A model generated the notes under the pieces. The model was not told the origin of the DNA. It saw only the letters and a list, made by a program, of their open reading frames with translations, and did no database searches. Made by a program: the position numbers and the translations under genes. A DNA stretch of 64,000 nucleotides from an uncultured delta proteobacterium (lineage in GTDB: Bacteria; Desulfobacterota; Zymogenia; Zymogenales; Zymogenaceae): positions 416,001 through 480,000 of the forward strand of contig CAVTLK010000004.1 in assembly GCA_963735595.1 (NCBI GenBank), given 5' to 3'. Positions 40,438 through 51,403 of this stretch are shown here, in pieces (the stretch's first letter is position 1; each line of letters opens with the position of its first letter).

Positions 40438-41977
40438 ATGAATAATACGGTTATTATATTCGACACAACGCTCAGGGACGGCGAGCAATCGCCCGGCGCC
40501 AGCATGAACATCGAGGAAAAGGTCACCGTAGCCAGGCAGCTCGAGCGGCTGGGTGTTGACGTGATAGAGGCGGGATTTCCCGTAGCCAGTCCCGGCGATT
40601 TCGAAGCCGTCAAAAAGATAGCACAGACACTTGACCGTGCGATTGTGGCGGCTTTAGCCAGGGCAAAGATCAAGGATATCGACGTGGCCTATGACGCAAT
40701 CAAGAACGCCAAGCGCCCGCGGATCCATACGTTCCTGTCAACTTCCGATATCCATCTCGAGTACCAGCTCAAAAAGACGAGGGACGAGGCTCTCAAGATC
40801 GCATCGGCCTGCGTTAAACGTGCGAAATCATTGTGCCCGGACGTTGAGTTTTCGGCGATGGACGCCACCCGCAGCGACCCCGCGTACCTTGCCGACGTTA
40901 TATCGGCCGCCATCGACGCCGGGGCGACTACCGTCAACATCCCTGATACGGTGGGCTACACCGTTCCCGATGAATACGGGCATATCATCGGCTACCTAAT
41001 GGAGCACGTATCGGGAATTGAGAACGTCGTCGTTGCGGTCCACTGCCACAACGACCTGGGTCTGGCCGTGGCGAACTCTCTGGCGGCGGTGCGCGCCGGC
41101 GCCCGCCAGGTCGAGTGCACCATCAACGGCATCGGCGAGAGGGCGGGCAACACGTCCCTCGAAGAATTCGTCATGGCGCTGGTGGTCCGCAACGACCGGA
41201 TCGGGCTTTCAACCAATATCGTCACGGAGCTGATTTACCCCACCAGCCGGATGGTCTCGGCGATCACCGGCATCGTGGTGCAGCCGAATAAGGCGATCGT
41301 CGGCGCTAACGCCTTTTCCCACGAATCGGGCATACATCAGGACGGGCTCCTGAAGCAGAAGACCACCTACGAAATCATCACGCCCGAAAGCATCGGCTAC
41401 ACGCAGACAAATCTCGTCCTTGGGAAACACTCGGGCAGGCATGCATTCTCCGAGCGCGTCACGAGAATGGGCTTTGATCTTTCGGACAACCAGGTCGAAC
41501 TTGCCTTTAAGGCCTTTAAGAGACTTGCGGATAAAAAAAAAGGACGTCTTCGACGAGGATATCGCTGCCGTCATCGCCGAGGAGATCCTGAGGATACCCG
41601 ACCGATACCGGCTCATCTCGCTGACGGTAAGCTCGGGCACCGAGGCAATGCCGACCGCTACCGTGATCCTTTCCATTGACGGCAATAAGGTCAAGGACGC
41701 CGGATTCGGCGACGGCCCGGTGGACGCGGTCTACCGCACTATCGCCAAGATGGTCAAGACACGGTGCAAACTCGCCAGCTATGAGGTCAAGTCCATCACC
41801 GGCGGCACGGACGCCCTGGGGGAGGTGACGGTTCGGCTCGAAGACGGATCGGACCGCTCCATAGGGGCCGGATCGCACACCGACATCCTGGTGGCCTCGG
41901 CGATGGCCTTTATCAATGCCCTCAACAAGCTCGAAGCGGTCAAGAAAAAAGACCTGAGGACTTCCCAGACGGTCTGA
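40438..41977 (+). CDS. leuA: 2-isopropylmalate synthase (frameshift in the A9 run at 41533-41541)
   Basis: [38 protein letters not shown]; regulatory domain (GDGPVDA, DILVAS) is in ORF 41420..41977. Confidence 0.95.
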
Positions 41978-42108
41978 TCGGTCGCGGCTGCTTTTCGCGG
42001 ACACGGGAGGCGGACGGCTACTGAATCAGCCGTTATTTAGCGACCAGCCATATAACGGGAACGGTGCCCGGTCCCGGTGGATAGTGTATACCTACAGGTA
42101 GAAAGACC

Positions 42109-43374
42109 ATGGCGATGACGATAACCGAAAAGATCCTGGCGGCCCACGCCGGCAGGGAGTCCGTCTGCCCCGGCGATCTGGTAATGGCGCGGGTTGACCT
42201 TTGCCTCGGAAACGATATTACCGCGCCCCTGGCCATTGACGTCTTTGAGGAGGCGGGGGCCGACGGTGTCTTTGACGCCGATAAGGTGGTCCTCGTATGT
42301 GACCACTTTACCCCCAACAAGGATATCAAGAGCGCCAACCAGTGCCGGCGCGTCAGGGAGTTCGGCAAGACCTTCGGCCTCGCGCACGTCTATGACGGGG
42401 GATGTTCCGGGGTCGAGCACGCGCTTCTCCCGGAGCTGGGCCTCGTGGCGCCGGGCGAGCTCATCATCGGGGCGGATTCCCATACGTGTACCTATGGCGG
42501 GCTTTCGGCGTTTGCCACCGGTGTCGGGAGTACTGATCTTGCCGCCGTGATGATGACCGGCGAGGTGTGGCTTCGCGTCCCCGAGTCGATGAAATTCGTG
42601 CTTACCGGCACGCCGGGTAAATGGGTGACCGGCAAGGACTATATCCTCGCGATTATCGGCGATATCGGAGTAGACGGGGCGCTCTACCGGGCGATGGAAT
42701 TTACGGGGGATGCGGCCGGGCGCCTGCCGGTCGAAGAAAGGCTGACCGTGGCCAACATGGTCATCGAGGCGGGGGGCAAAAACGGGATATTTGCCGCCGA
42801 CGACAAGACAACCGAGTACCTCGCCGGGAAGACGACACGGTCGTTCACTCGTGCCGTAAGCGACCCGGGCGCCGAGTATGCCGAGGTCCGGGAGTATGAC
42901 GTATCCAAGCTGCAGCTCCAGGTGGCGCTTCCCCATCTCCCGTCAAACGCCGTCCCGGTAGGCGACGCGCCGGATTTGCCGATCGACCAGGTCATCATCG
43001 GCTCCTGCACGAACGGCAGGATCAGTGACCTGAGGATGGCGGCAGAGGTCCTTGCGGGCAGGAAGGTCCACGCGGACGTGCGGCTCATTGTCATCCCGGC
43101 GACGCCGGCGGTCTGGCGGCAGGCGATGGACGAAGGGCTCTTTACGATCTTTTTGGATGCCGGCGCCCTGATCGGCCCCCCGACGTGCGGGCCGTGCCTC
43201 GGCGGCCACATGGGGATACTTGGAAAGGGGGAGCGCGCCGTGGCGACGACCAACAGGAATTTCCAGGGCCGCATGGGCGACCCCGGCAGCGAGGTCATCC
43301 TGGCGGGCCCGGCGGTAGCGGCGGCATCGGCTGTCGTGGGGAAGGTCGCGGGGCCGGATAAGCTGGGTATGTGA
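42109..43374 (+). CDS. leuC: 3-isopropylmalate dehydratase large subunit
   Basis: GADSHTCTYG, IGSCTNGR, CGPCLGGH, TTNRNF.GRMG. Confidence 0.96.
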   Translation: MAMTITEKILAAHAGRESVCPGDLVMARVDLCLGNDITAPLAIDVFEEAGADGVFDADKVVLVCDHFTPNKDIKSANQCRRVREFGKTFGLAHVYDGGCSGVEHALLPELGLVAPGELIIGADSHTCTYGGLSAFATGVGSTDLAAVMMTGEVWLRVPESMKFVLTGTPGKWVTGKDYILAIIGDIGVDGALYRAMEFTGDAAGRLPVEERLTVANMVIEAGGKNGIFAADDKTTEYLAGKTTRSFTRAVSDPGAEYAEVREYDVSKLQLQVALPHLPSNAVPVGDAPDLPIDQVIIGSCTNGRISDLRMAAEVLAGRKVHADVRLIVIPATPAVWRQAMDEGLFTIFLDAGALIGPPTCGPCLGGHMGILGKGERAVATTNRNFQGRMGDPGSEVILAGPAVAAASAVVGKVAGPDKLGM

Positions 43375-43493
43375 TGAACATGCGGCAGCACTCACTGTCT
43401 TCAATACCGCAGCGCCGGAATAGCCGTCCAACCGAGTATCGAGTGGCTGGGCTGCCGCCGGTCGCATCGGAAATAACGAGGTAAGGCCACGTC

Positions 43494-43991
43494 ATGAAAT
43501 ATACCGGGACCGTTTACAAACTCGGAGATGACGTCGATACCGATGCCATCATCCCCGCGCGCTTCCTCAACACTACCGACCCCGAGGAGCTGGGCGGCCA
43601 CGCCTTTGAGGATGCGGCCCCCGATTTCCGATCCGCACTCAGGGGAGGCGGAATCGTGGTGGCGGGTAGAAACTTCGGCTGCGGCTCCTCCCGGGAGCAC
43701 GCGCCGGTTGCGATGAAGACTGCCGGCGCCCGGATCATCATCGCCGAGAGCTTCGCCCGCATATTCTACCGGAATGCCTTCAATACGGGCCTTGCCATCC
43801 TCGAATCGGCCGACGCCGCCCGTGAGATCCGCCCCGGAGATTCCGTCGAAGTAGACGACCGGGCGGGCATCATAACAAACCTTACCACCGGGAAGACCTA
43901 CCGGGCAAAGCCGATCCCCCCGTTCATGGCAGAGCTGCTTTCGGACGGGGGTCTGATCGCGCACCTGAAAAAGAACAAAAAGAAACGGTAA
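43494..43991 (+). CDS. leuD: 3-isopropylmalate dehydratase small subunit
   Basis: [29 protein letters not shown]. Confidence 0.96.
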   Translation: MKYTGTVYKLGDDVDTDAIIPARFLNTTDPEELGGHAFEDAAPDFRSALRGGGIVVAGRNFGCGSSREHAPVAMKTAGARIIIAESFARIFYRNAFNTGLAILESADAAREIRPGDSVEVDDRAGIITNLTTGKTYRAKPIPPFMAELLSDGGLIAHLKKNKKKR

Positions 43992-43995
43992 TCCC

Positions 43996-45090
43996 ATGAA
44001 ACAATATCGGATAGCGCTTTTGCCCGGCGACGGCATCGGGGTCGAGGTCGTCGCCGAGGCCAGAAAAGTCCTCGAAGCCGTGGGACGCCGTCACGCCATT
44101 TCCTTCGATTTCGTCGAATGCCTGGTGGGGGGGGCCGCTATCGACCGCTTCGGCGTGCCGCTTCCCGACGAAACACTTACACAGGCCCGCAGTTGCGATG
44201 CCGTTATCCTGGGGGCCGTGGGCGGCCCCGCGTGGGATAAACTGGCCACCGACAGTCGGCCCGAGGCGGGCCTGCTGGGCCTGAGAAAGGGGCTCGCGCT
44301 CTTTGCCAACCTGCGACCGGCTATCCTCTTTGACGAGCTGATCGGCGAGTCGGCGATCAAAGAGGAAGTTATCCGGGGGGTCGATATCATGGTGGTGCGG
44401 GAGCTGACCGGTGACGTCTATTTCGGAACCCCGCGCGGAATCGAAAAGCGGGACGGACAGCGGGTCGGGATCAACACAATGGTCTATTCCGAATCCGAGA
44501 TCAGGCGTATCGCGCATACGGCGTTTTCGGTCGCGCGGAGGCGCAGAAATAAAGTTACCTCGGTGGACAAGGCCAACGTCCTGGAGTCAATGGCCCTGTG
44601 GCGGGACGTGGTCACGGAGGTTGGGCGGGAATATCCCGACGTGGCGCTCGAACATATGTACGTCGATAACTGCGCCATGCAGCTCGTCAGAAACCCGCGT
44701 GACTTCGATACTATTTTGACAACCAATATGTTTGGTGATATAGTGAGCGATGAAGCGGCGATGCTGACCGGCTCCATCGGCATGCTCCCCTCTGCGAGCC
44801 TCGGCGAGTCCGGTTCGGTCGGGCTATTCGAGCCGGTCCACGGCAGCGCCCCGGACATCGCCGGGCGTGGCATCGCCAACCCGATCGCCTGCATTCTGTC
44901 TACGGCGATGATGCTCGACCTGTCGTTCCACGAAGAAGCGGCGGCTTACACGATAATGAGCGCAGTCCGAACGGCCGTTGCAGACGGACTGAGGACAACG
45001 GATATTTACCGGGGCGAAGGCACGCGCGTATCGACCACTGAAATGGGAGACCGTATTACCGAGATGATCGGGAAACTGAAAGGAGTGTAA
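43996..45090 (+). CDS. leuB: 3-isopropylmalate dehydrogenase
   Basis: [56 protein letters not shown]. Confidence 0.97.
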   Translation: MKQYRIALLPGDGIGVEVVAEARKVLEAVGRRHAISFDFVECLVGGAAIDRFGVPLPDETLTQARSCDAVILGAVGGPAWDKLATDSRPEAGLLGLRKGLALFANLRPAILFDELIGESAIKEEVIRGVDIMVVRELTGDVYFGTPRGIEKRDGQRVGINTMVYSESEIRRIAHTAFSVARRRRNKVTSVDKANVLESMALWRDVVTEVGREYPDVALEHMYVDNCAMQLVRNPRDFDTILTTNMFGDIVSDEAAMLTGSIGMLPSASLGESGSVGLFEPVHGSAPDIAGRGIANPIACILSTAMMLDLSFHEEAAAYTIMSAVRTAVADGLRTTDIYRGEGTRVSTTEMGDRITEMIGKLKGV

Positions 45091-45099
45091 CGCAGTACT

Positions 45100-46125
45100 A
45101 TGGCAGCGAAAAAGGAATACCGCGTGGCGGTGGCCGGAGCCACCGGCGCCGTCGGTAACGAGATGGTCAAGACACTTGAGCAGAGAAATTTCCCCGTCCG
45201 GGAGCTCGTGTTGCTGGCCTCGGAGCGGTCCGAGGGCAAGAAGATGCGTTTTCGCGGCACAGACGTCACGGTGCACACCATGACGAAGGACTCGTTTGCC
45301 GGCGTGGATGTCGCCCTCTTTTCCGCGGGCGCTTCACGAAGCCTCGAATTTGCCCCGGCCGCAGCGGCCGCAGGAGCCGTTGTCATCGACAATTCGAGCG
45401 CATTCAGGATGGAGCCGGATATACCACTGGTGGTGCCGGAAGTCAATCCGCAGGCTATAGCCGACTTCACGAAGCGCCGAATAATCGCCAATCCGAATTG
45501 CTCGACCATCCAAATGGTGGTCGTTCTCAAACCCCTGCACGACGCGGCCAGGATAAAACGCGTCGTCGTATCGACGTATCAGGCCGTCTCGGGAACGGGA
45601 AGCAAGGCCATTGAGGAACTGGACCGTCAATCGAGAGCGGTACTGGGCGGGACATCGTTCGAGAAGAAGGTGTATCCCCATACGATCGCCTTCAACTGCC
45701 TGCCCCATATCGACTCCTTTACCGATAATGGGTATACCAAGGAAGAGATAAAGATGGTCAATGAGACCAAGAAGATCATGGGGGACGACACAATTGCCGT
45801 AACCGCAACCACCGTGCGGGTTCCCGTTTTCTATTCCCACAGCGAGTCGGTCAATATCGAAACCGAGAAAAAACTGACACCCGAACGGGCGCGGGAAATC
45901 CTAAAAAAGGCCCCCGGCGTTGTGGTAGTCGACGATCCATCTCATAATATCTATCCATTGGCGCTGGACGCGGCCGGAAAGGACGATACCCTCGTCGGGA
46001 GAATCAGAGAAGATTTCTCGATACCCAACGGACTAAACATGTGGATCGTCTCAGATAATATTCGAAAGGGGGCGGCGCTCAACGCCGTACAGATCGCCGA
46101 GTACTATATAACCCACTACGCGTAG
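45100..46125 (+). CDS. asd: Aspartate-semialdehyde dehydrogenase
   Basis: GATGAVG, IDNSSAFR, IANPNCST, TYQAVSG, RVPVFYSHSE, DNIRKGAA.NAVQI. Confidence 0.98.
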   Translation: MAAKKEYRVAVAGATGAVGNEMVKTLEQRNFPVRELVLLASERSEGKKMRFRGTDVTVHTMTKDSFAGVDVALFSAGASRSLEFAPAAAAAGAVVIDNSSAFRMEPDIPLVVPEVNPQAIADFTKRRIIANPNCSTIQMVVVLKPLHDAARIKRVVVSTYQAVSGTGSKAIEELDRQSRAVLGGTSFEKKVYPHTIAFNCLPHIDSFTDNGYTKEEIKMVNETKKIMGDDTIAVTATTVRVPVFYSHSESVNIETEKKLTPERAREILKKAPGVVVVDDPSHNIYPLALDAAGKDDTLVGRIREDFSIPNGLNMWIVSDNIRKGAALNAVQIAEYYITHYA

Positions 46126-46130
46126 GGGTA

Positions 46131-48338
46131 ATGGCTCAAAACGATACAGACGCCAGGTATCTCGCCTCTCTAAAGCAGGGCACCTTCTCGAAGGAGGAGC
46201 GTCTCAAGCTTGCTCGGGGACAAACCTTCGAGGGGATCGCAACCCCCCCAAATACCCTCGCCAAACTCTGCGAGGATTCCGACCTGCTTGTTCGGGTTCA
46301 GGCAAAAAAGTCGATCCTACGGCTTGCCGAACAGGACCTCGTTCAGATCGCCGCCGACGCCGGCACATCTCCCGAGCTTCTCCTTTTCCTGGCTAAGCAC
46401 TTCCATGACTCTCAGGCCGTCGGGACCGCCATCATCGGCAATAGAAAGACTACGGAAAAGATTCTCTATTATCTCCAGGGAGAAATAGACGAACACGAGG
46501 AGGATCGCGAATCGGCCTTTGCCGGCAGCACCTCCGAACAAGATGTTGAGTTCGAGGTGGAAGACATCACGTCCCCCGGAAGAGGCCGGCAGCCCGATGA
46601 CGATATCGAAGTTACCGTCGAGCTCGACAGTAAGGAAGATTCACACGGCGGATTCTCCGAACGGGAAAGATATTCCGACGCCGACATGGAGGTCGTTATC
46701 GGTGTAGAGTCGGGTCATGAAGAAATCATCGACGAGCACCTCCTGGAGAGGAATATTATCGGCTCGGACGAGCTTTCCGGGATATTATCCGAAAAAAGAG
46801 CTGAACCGACGGGCTCCGATACCGACATTAAGGACTTCTCCTCTACGGTTGACGAGATCGAGGGGAGATTCGATGACGTCTTCCAGATTGATACGGGACG
46901 GCACGATACGACTGAGGCGGATGCCTCGACCGGCGACTTCGAGATTGGAGACATAACGGGGGGGATGGCCACCCACGAGATAGCCATAGAACCGGATAGT
47001 AAACCTGTGCGGGCCGAAACGTCCAATCAGGAGAAGCCTGGCCGCGGCCCGCGGGTTATGATGGATGAGACAAGAAGAGAGGTTGCCGTCGACACCGGCA
47101 AGTTTGTCGCCCGTCTCCCGATGGGCCGCTACTTCTATAAAGTCTCGCCACTTGAGATTCTCTCCCGGATAATACGTATCTCCGTGCCTATTGTCGCCGT
47201 CCTGGTGATCCTTACGGTTTTCTGGCTTGCCATGCCCACTACCCATCCATCGATCGAGGAGCTGGAGGGAGGCGTTAACAGGATCTTTTACTCAATCAGG
47301 ACGGACGGTCTAAACGCGAAGATCCCCGATCCTTTTCCGCCCGGATCTTCAATCGTGTCCTGGGAATTGCTAAAATCCTCGCCGGAGACGGAAGTTACAA
47401 AGGGAGGGCTCGAGAAGGCGATCGAAACCTACACCGCCGATTTTTCGGAAGAAATAGAGTATGACAATACCAAGAACGAGCTTTCTCTTCAGGAAAAGAC
47501 GTATAGAGAAAACGGGCAGCGAATTGCGGAGATCGATGAGACGATAGGTGTTCTCAACGCCGATAAAACAAAGTACCTCAGTCTCGTTTCTAACGATAAG
47601 CTGGACGCTCAATCCATCGAAGAGGAATACCAGAAGGAGGTAAAGATCTTCAAGGAGGACTTTAACACCTTCGAGAATCAGATAAAGATAATCGAACAGG
47701 ATACGGCCGACGCGAAGCGACGGATAGCCGAGTATGAAGCGGTTTATGGAAGGGGAGGTAATGACCCCGCATATAACGCCAATAAAATGGAGCTTGAGGA
47801 TCTCGCGGCCACGTACTCTCGTCTCAAGCCCCAGTACGATAAACGAAAGGCCGGTTATGACTCAAGGCTCAGGACCATCCGAGAGCAGTATCAGAATATG
47901 CTTGACGATAGGGTCTGGCTTGAAACCGTCGAGAAATATATTAAGGAGCTCCAGCAGGAAAAGATACGGCTTGTCTCCGAGAACAAGATTATCGAAAAAG
48001 AAGTAAAGCAAATCAAAGAACAGATCAAGGACCTCGAGGCCGAGCGATCCACACGCCCTAAATTGACCGGAGAAAACCTCATCATGTTCCTGCTCCTGAC
48101 TCACTATATGCGCGAGAGGGGTGTTGAGGAACTAAACGAGATCTCGATCCTGGATCGGTACAGAATCTATAAAACGGTATCCGACGTAGACGTCGGACTT
48201 GCCGAAAACGGTAAGGAAGTACAGAAGCACTATAAGCTTACTATAATGAGGCTTGAGACGGAAAAGTCCATAATCTTTTATCTGTGGAATAAGAACTCGA
48301 CAACCTGGGTCCTGACCTCTATTACCGCCGATAAGTAG
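46131..48338 (+). CDS. Hypothetical 735-aa membrane protein: helical-repeat N-terminus, acidic linker, one TM helix, long coiled coil
   Basis: Long ORF tightly packed between asd and ecfT; D/E-rich central region; hydrophobic segment VPIVAVLVILTVFWLAM; heptad-rich C-terminal half. Confidence 0.8.
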   Translation: MAQNDTDARYLASLKQGTFSKEERLKLARGQTFEGIATPPNTLAKLCEDSDLLVRVQAKKSILRLAEQDLVQIAADAGTSPELLLFLAKHFHDSQAVGTAIIGNRKTTEKILYYLQGEIDEHEEDRESAFAGSTSEQDVEFEVEDITSPGRGRQPDDDIEVTVELDSKEDSHGGFSERERYSDADMEVVIGVESGHEEIIDEHLLERNIIGSDELSGILSEKRAEPTGSDTDIKDFSSTVDEIEGRFDDVFQIDTGRHDTTEADASTGDFEIGDITGGMATHEIAIEPDSKPVRAETSNQEKPGRGPRVMMDETRREVAVDTGKFVARLPMGRYFYKVSPLEILSRIIRISVPIVAVLVILTVFWLAMPTTHPSIEELEGGVNRIFYSIRTDGLNAKIPDPFPPGSSIVSWELLKSSPETEVTKGGLEKAIETYTADFSEEIEYDNTKNELSLQEKTYRENGQRIAEIDETIGVLNADKTKYLSLVSNDKLDAQSIEEEYQKEVKIFKEDFNTFENQIKIIEQDTADAKRRIAEYEAVYGRGGNDPAYNANKMELEDLAATYSRLKPQYDKRKAGYDSRLRTIREQYQNMLDDRVWLETVEKYIKELQQEKIRLVSENKIIEKEVKQIKEQIKDLEAERSTRPKLTGENLIMFLLLTHYMRERGVEELNEISILDRYRIYKTVSDVDVGLAENGKEVQKHYKLTIMRLETEKSIIFYLWNKNSTTWVLTSITADK

Positions 48339-48346
48339 CCGTTAAA

Positions 48347-49144
48347 ATGAAATTCTTACAAGACATAACCCTCGGCCAATATATGCCGGTCGATTCATTC
48401 GTCCATCGGCTTGATCCAAGAACGAAGTTCATAACGCTCATGATACTGATGATCATCGTTTTTTTTATCACGAGACCCCTTCCGTTTCTTCTTATGGGAC
48501 TGTTCATCGCCCTGATCATCAGGCGCTCCAATATACCCATCGGCTCCGTAATGCGCGGGATTGTCCCTTTTTTCTGGCTCTTTCTCTTTGCCGCAGTCGC
48601 CCATCTTTTTTTCACCCCCGGGCGTTCCATTCCCCCCTTTCCCGTTGGATTCCTTAACGTCACCGAGGAGGGGCTGATAAACGGAGCGTTAGTATCTACG
48701 CGGATCCTTTGCGTCATCGTGCTGTCGTCGCTCTTGACCCTCACGACTACGCCGATGGAATTGACGACCGCATTGAAAAAGGTCCTGTCTCCGCTGAGGG
48801 CCGTTAAGGCCCCGATAGATGATTTCGTCATGATGATGATGCTGACCATCCGGTTCGTTCCCATTCTCCTTTTGGAATCTCAGCGAATCATCAACGCCCA
48901 GAAGTCCAGGGGCATCGACTTTGAAACGGGAGGGATATTTTCGCGGGCCAAGAAACTCGTGCCTATTCTTATCCCCCTGTTCCACCTATCTTTCAAGCGG
49001 GCCGACGAACTGGCCGTGGCCATGGTCTGCCGGGGTTACGTTACGGGTGCCGACCGGACAAGTTTCAAAGAACTCCGGTTTGCCGGTACCGATTTCCTGT
49101 CTATGGCCGTTGTCCTTCTTATGACGCCGTTCTTTTTTATCTGA
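48347..49144 (+). CDS. ecfT: ECF transporter transmembrane component T
   Basis: LGQY.P.DS.VHRLDPRTK, TTTP, RFVP.L, AQKSRG, RA.ELA.AM..RGY. Confidence 0.93.
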   Translation: MKFLQDITLGQYMPVDSFVHRLDPRTKFITLMILMIIVFFITRPLPFLLMGLFIALIIRRSNIPIGSVMRGIVPFFWLFLFAAVAHLFFTPGRSIPPFPVGFLNVTEEGLINGALVSTRILCVIVLSSLLTLTTTPMELTTALKKVLSPLRAVKAPIDDFVMMMMLTIRFVPILLLESQRIINAQKSRGIDFETGGIFSRAKKLVPILIPLFHLSFKRADELAVAMVCRGYVTGADRTSFKELRFAGTDFLSMAVVLLMTPFFFI

Positions 49145-49145
49145 C

Positions 49146-49886
49146 ATGAGGAATATACGGCTGACCCTTTCCTATGACGGCACAGACTTTTCCGGGTGGC
49201 AGTACCAGCCGGATGCGAGAACGGTGCAGGGAGCGGTGGAGGAAGCGCTGGGCGTGATACTGGCCGCCCCCGTGAGAATAGGCGGGGCGGGAAGGACCGA
49301 CGCGGGCGTACACGCCCTCGGGCAAACGGCCGGTTTCAGGACTACCTCCCGCATACCGTGTCCTGTGCTCTGCCGTGGGCTCAACGCGCTGCTTGCCCCG
49401 GATGTACGTGTCCTTTGTGCCGACGAAGTCCCGGATTCCTTTGACGTGCGAAGATCGGCGATCCTACGGGTATATCGATATTTTATCTATACGGGATCGG
49501 TGATGTCCCCGTTTATGGGCCGGTATGCCTGGCATATCCCGGCGCCGCTGGGCTCCGATGCGATGAATCGGGCGGGCTCTCAGTTGGTGGGAACCCATGA
49601 TTTTGCGTCGTTTGCCTGCGCCCAGGACGAAACGATGAGCACGGTACGACAGATCGTGTCTTTTCACGTCGATGAAGTCGGCGGCGGCGTTATACAGATC
49701 GAAATCGCCGCGAATGCCTTTCTCAGGCATATGGTTCGTTCCATCGTCGGCACGATCGTGGACGTGGGGAGAGGAAAAATGAGCGTCGAGGACTTCGGCG
49801 AGATCATCCGGGCGCGCGACAGGGCCCGGGCCGGGGTGACCGCCCCCCCCCAGGGGCTCTTTTTGGTCGAGGTGCGCTACCCGTGA
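49146..49886 (+). CDS. truA: tRNA pseudouridine(38-40) synthase
   Basis: YDGTDFSGWQ, AGRTDAGVHA, GTHDF, FLRHMVR, APPQGL. Confidence 0.97.
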   Translation: MRNIRLTLSYDGTDFSGWQYQPDARTVQGAVEEALGVILAAPVRIGGAGRTDAGVHALGQTAGFRTTSRIPCPVLCRGLNALLAPDVRVLCADEVPDSFDVRRSAILRVYRYFIYTGSVMSPFMGRYAWHIPAPLGSDAMNRAGSQLVGTHDFASFACAQDETMSTVRQIVSFHVDEVGGGVIQIEIAANAFLRHMVRSIVGTIVDVGRGKMSVEDFGEIIRARDRARAGVTAPPQGLFLVEVRYP

Positions 49887-50446
49887 GACGGCGAACCAGG
49901 ACGTTTATCCTTATATCGCTCTTCTCGGCCCTGACGGCTGCGGGCGCCTTTATCAAGATCCCCATGCCGCTGGTGCCGATGACCCTTCAGACGCTCCTGG
50001 TCTACTCGTCCGGCCTCTTCCTGGGGCCTGCGGGCGGGGCCCTGTCTCAGCTCATATACGTGACGCTCGGGCTGGTGGGTTTTCCGATCTTTTCCGGGGG
50101 GGGCGGGATTGCCTACATCTTTTCCCCCACCTTCGGCTACCTTATCGGGTTCATTCCGGCCGCCGCGGTGGCGGGCCTGCTCTCGCGAAGGGGAGGAAGG
50201 GTCTGGCCCGTATGCGGGGTTATATGCGCCGTCCTGATCGTTTATATCTTCGGGGTTCCCTATTTTATGGTTGCCGCGCACTTCTTCCTGGATAAAGAAA
50301 TCGCCCTGGTGACCGCGCTCAAGATCGGGTTCCTGTTGCCCCTTATTGGTGATTCGATGAAGGCCGTAGCGGCCCTTGCCGTCTTTTTCTCTGCGCGCGA
50401 GCGGCTCGGCCTTCCCTTGGGGACAAAGGTATGGACCGAACGATAA
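49883..50446 (+). CDS. bioY: Biotin ECF transporter S component
   Basis: VPMTLQ, LGLVGFPIFSGG, PTFGYLIGF, GD..K. Confidence 0.92.
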   Translation: MRRRTRTFILISLFSALTAAGAFIKIPMPLVPMTLQTLLVYSSGLFLGPAGGALSQLIYVTLGLVGFPIFSGGGGIAYIFSPTFGYLIGFIPAAAVAGLLSRRGGRVWPVCGVICAVLIVYIFGVPYFMVAAHFFLDKEIALVTALKIGFLLPLIGDSMKAVAALAVFFSARERLGLPLGTKVWTER

Positions 50447-51387
50447 CGCTCTTCGATGTGCCCCAGAAACGCCTCAGAGAGGTGCAAAAGGCCCTCTCGA
50501 CACTCGATCTTGCGGGCGCGCGGCTGAATATGGATGTGCTCGCCAGGCAGTACCCCGATCACCCCGAGGTAAGGCGCGAGGATATAATCGTCCGGTTTCT
50601 GGAGGAGACCTTTTCCACCATCACGAAACCGGCCCAGCTCTTCACCCACTATTCGGCCTTCAAGAAGCTCCTTAAAGAAAGCTCGTATATACCCGAATAC
50701 CTTGCCGACCTCGAACGGGCCTATTTCGGGCGCGTCGTGGACGCGGGGGGAACCGAGCCCCTCGCCCCGATTTATGGATATCCCCCGGGGTACCTTCTGC
50801 TCAAGGCCGGGCGCCTGGAGGAGGCCAAGCAGTCATTGATCGGAGAGCTCTCTCAAGCGGGAATTACTCCCAAGAAAAGGGCGCACCTTCTGGGATACCT
50901 CGGAGACGTCTTTATTGCGGGAGGAGAGATCGAAGAGGCGCGGCGGCACTACGTGGAGGCGATCCAGGCCGACACGAGCGGGATTGACGTCAAGGCGATG
51001 CTGGACGACGACACCAAGGCGTTGATCCTCGGCACGTACATCCCCGAGGGCCTGGGAGGGATCTGGGCCGCCTCCGTCGGCTATATACTCATGGTGTTCC
51101 CCGCGCCCGTATTTCGGGATTCGGACGAATTGATGGCCTTCTTTAAGGAATTTAACCGTCATCGATCGGAGCTTGGGAAGGACGATTCCGACGAGACGCC
51201 GGGCAGGGTGTTCTATCATGCGCTGGTCATGGTGGAACACGAGAAGCTGTTCCGCGCGCTCAAGGGCGCCGACATGATGGAGCTGCGAAAGCTCATGCGT
51301 ACCATCAATCCCGCCCTCTATCGTTTCTACACCAAGGCATCGATGGCGCGTAAAAACGGAGAAGACCTCTTCGAAAAGGATCAGTGA
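50431..51387 (+). CDS. Hypothetical helical (TPR-like) protein
   Basis: 318-aa ORF overlapping the bioY end; LGYLGDVFIAGGEIEEARRHYVEA resembles a TPR. Confidence 0.7.
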   Translation: MDRTITLFDVPQKRLREVQKALSTLDLAGARLNMDVLARQYPDHPEVRREDIIVRFLEETFSTITKPAQLFTHYSAFKKLLKESSYIPEYLADLERAYFGRVVDAGGTEPLAPIYGYPPGYLLLKAGRLEEAKQSLIGELSQAGITPKKRAHLLGYLGDVFIAGGEIEEARRHYVEAIQADTSGIDVKAMLDDDTKALILGTYIPEGLGGIWAASVGYILMVFPAPVFRDSDELMAFFKEFNRHRSELGKDDSDETPGRVFYHALVMVEHEKLFRALKGADMMELRKLMRTINPALYRFYTKASMARKNGEDLFEKDQ

Positions 51388-51403
51388 CGAGGCACGCTCG
51401 GAT

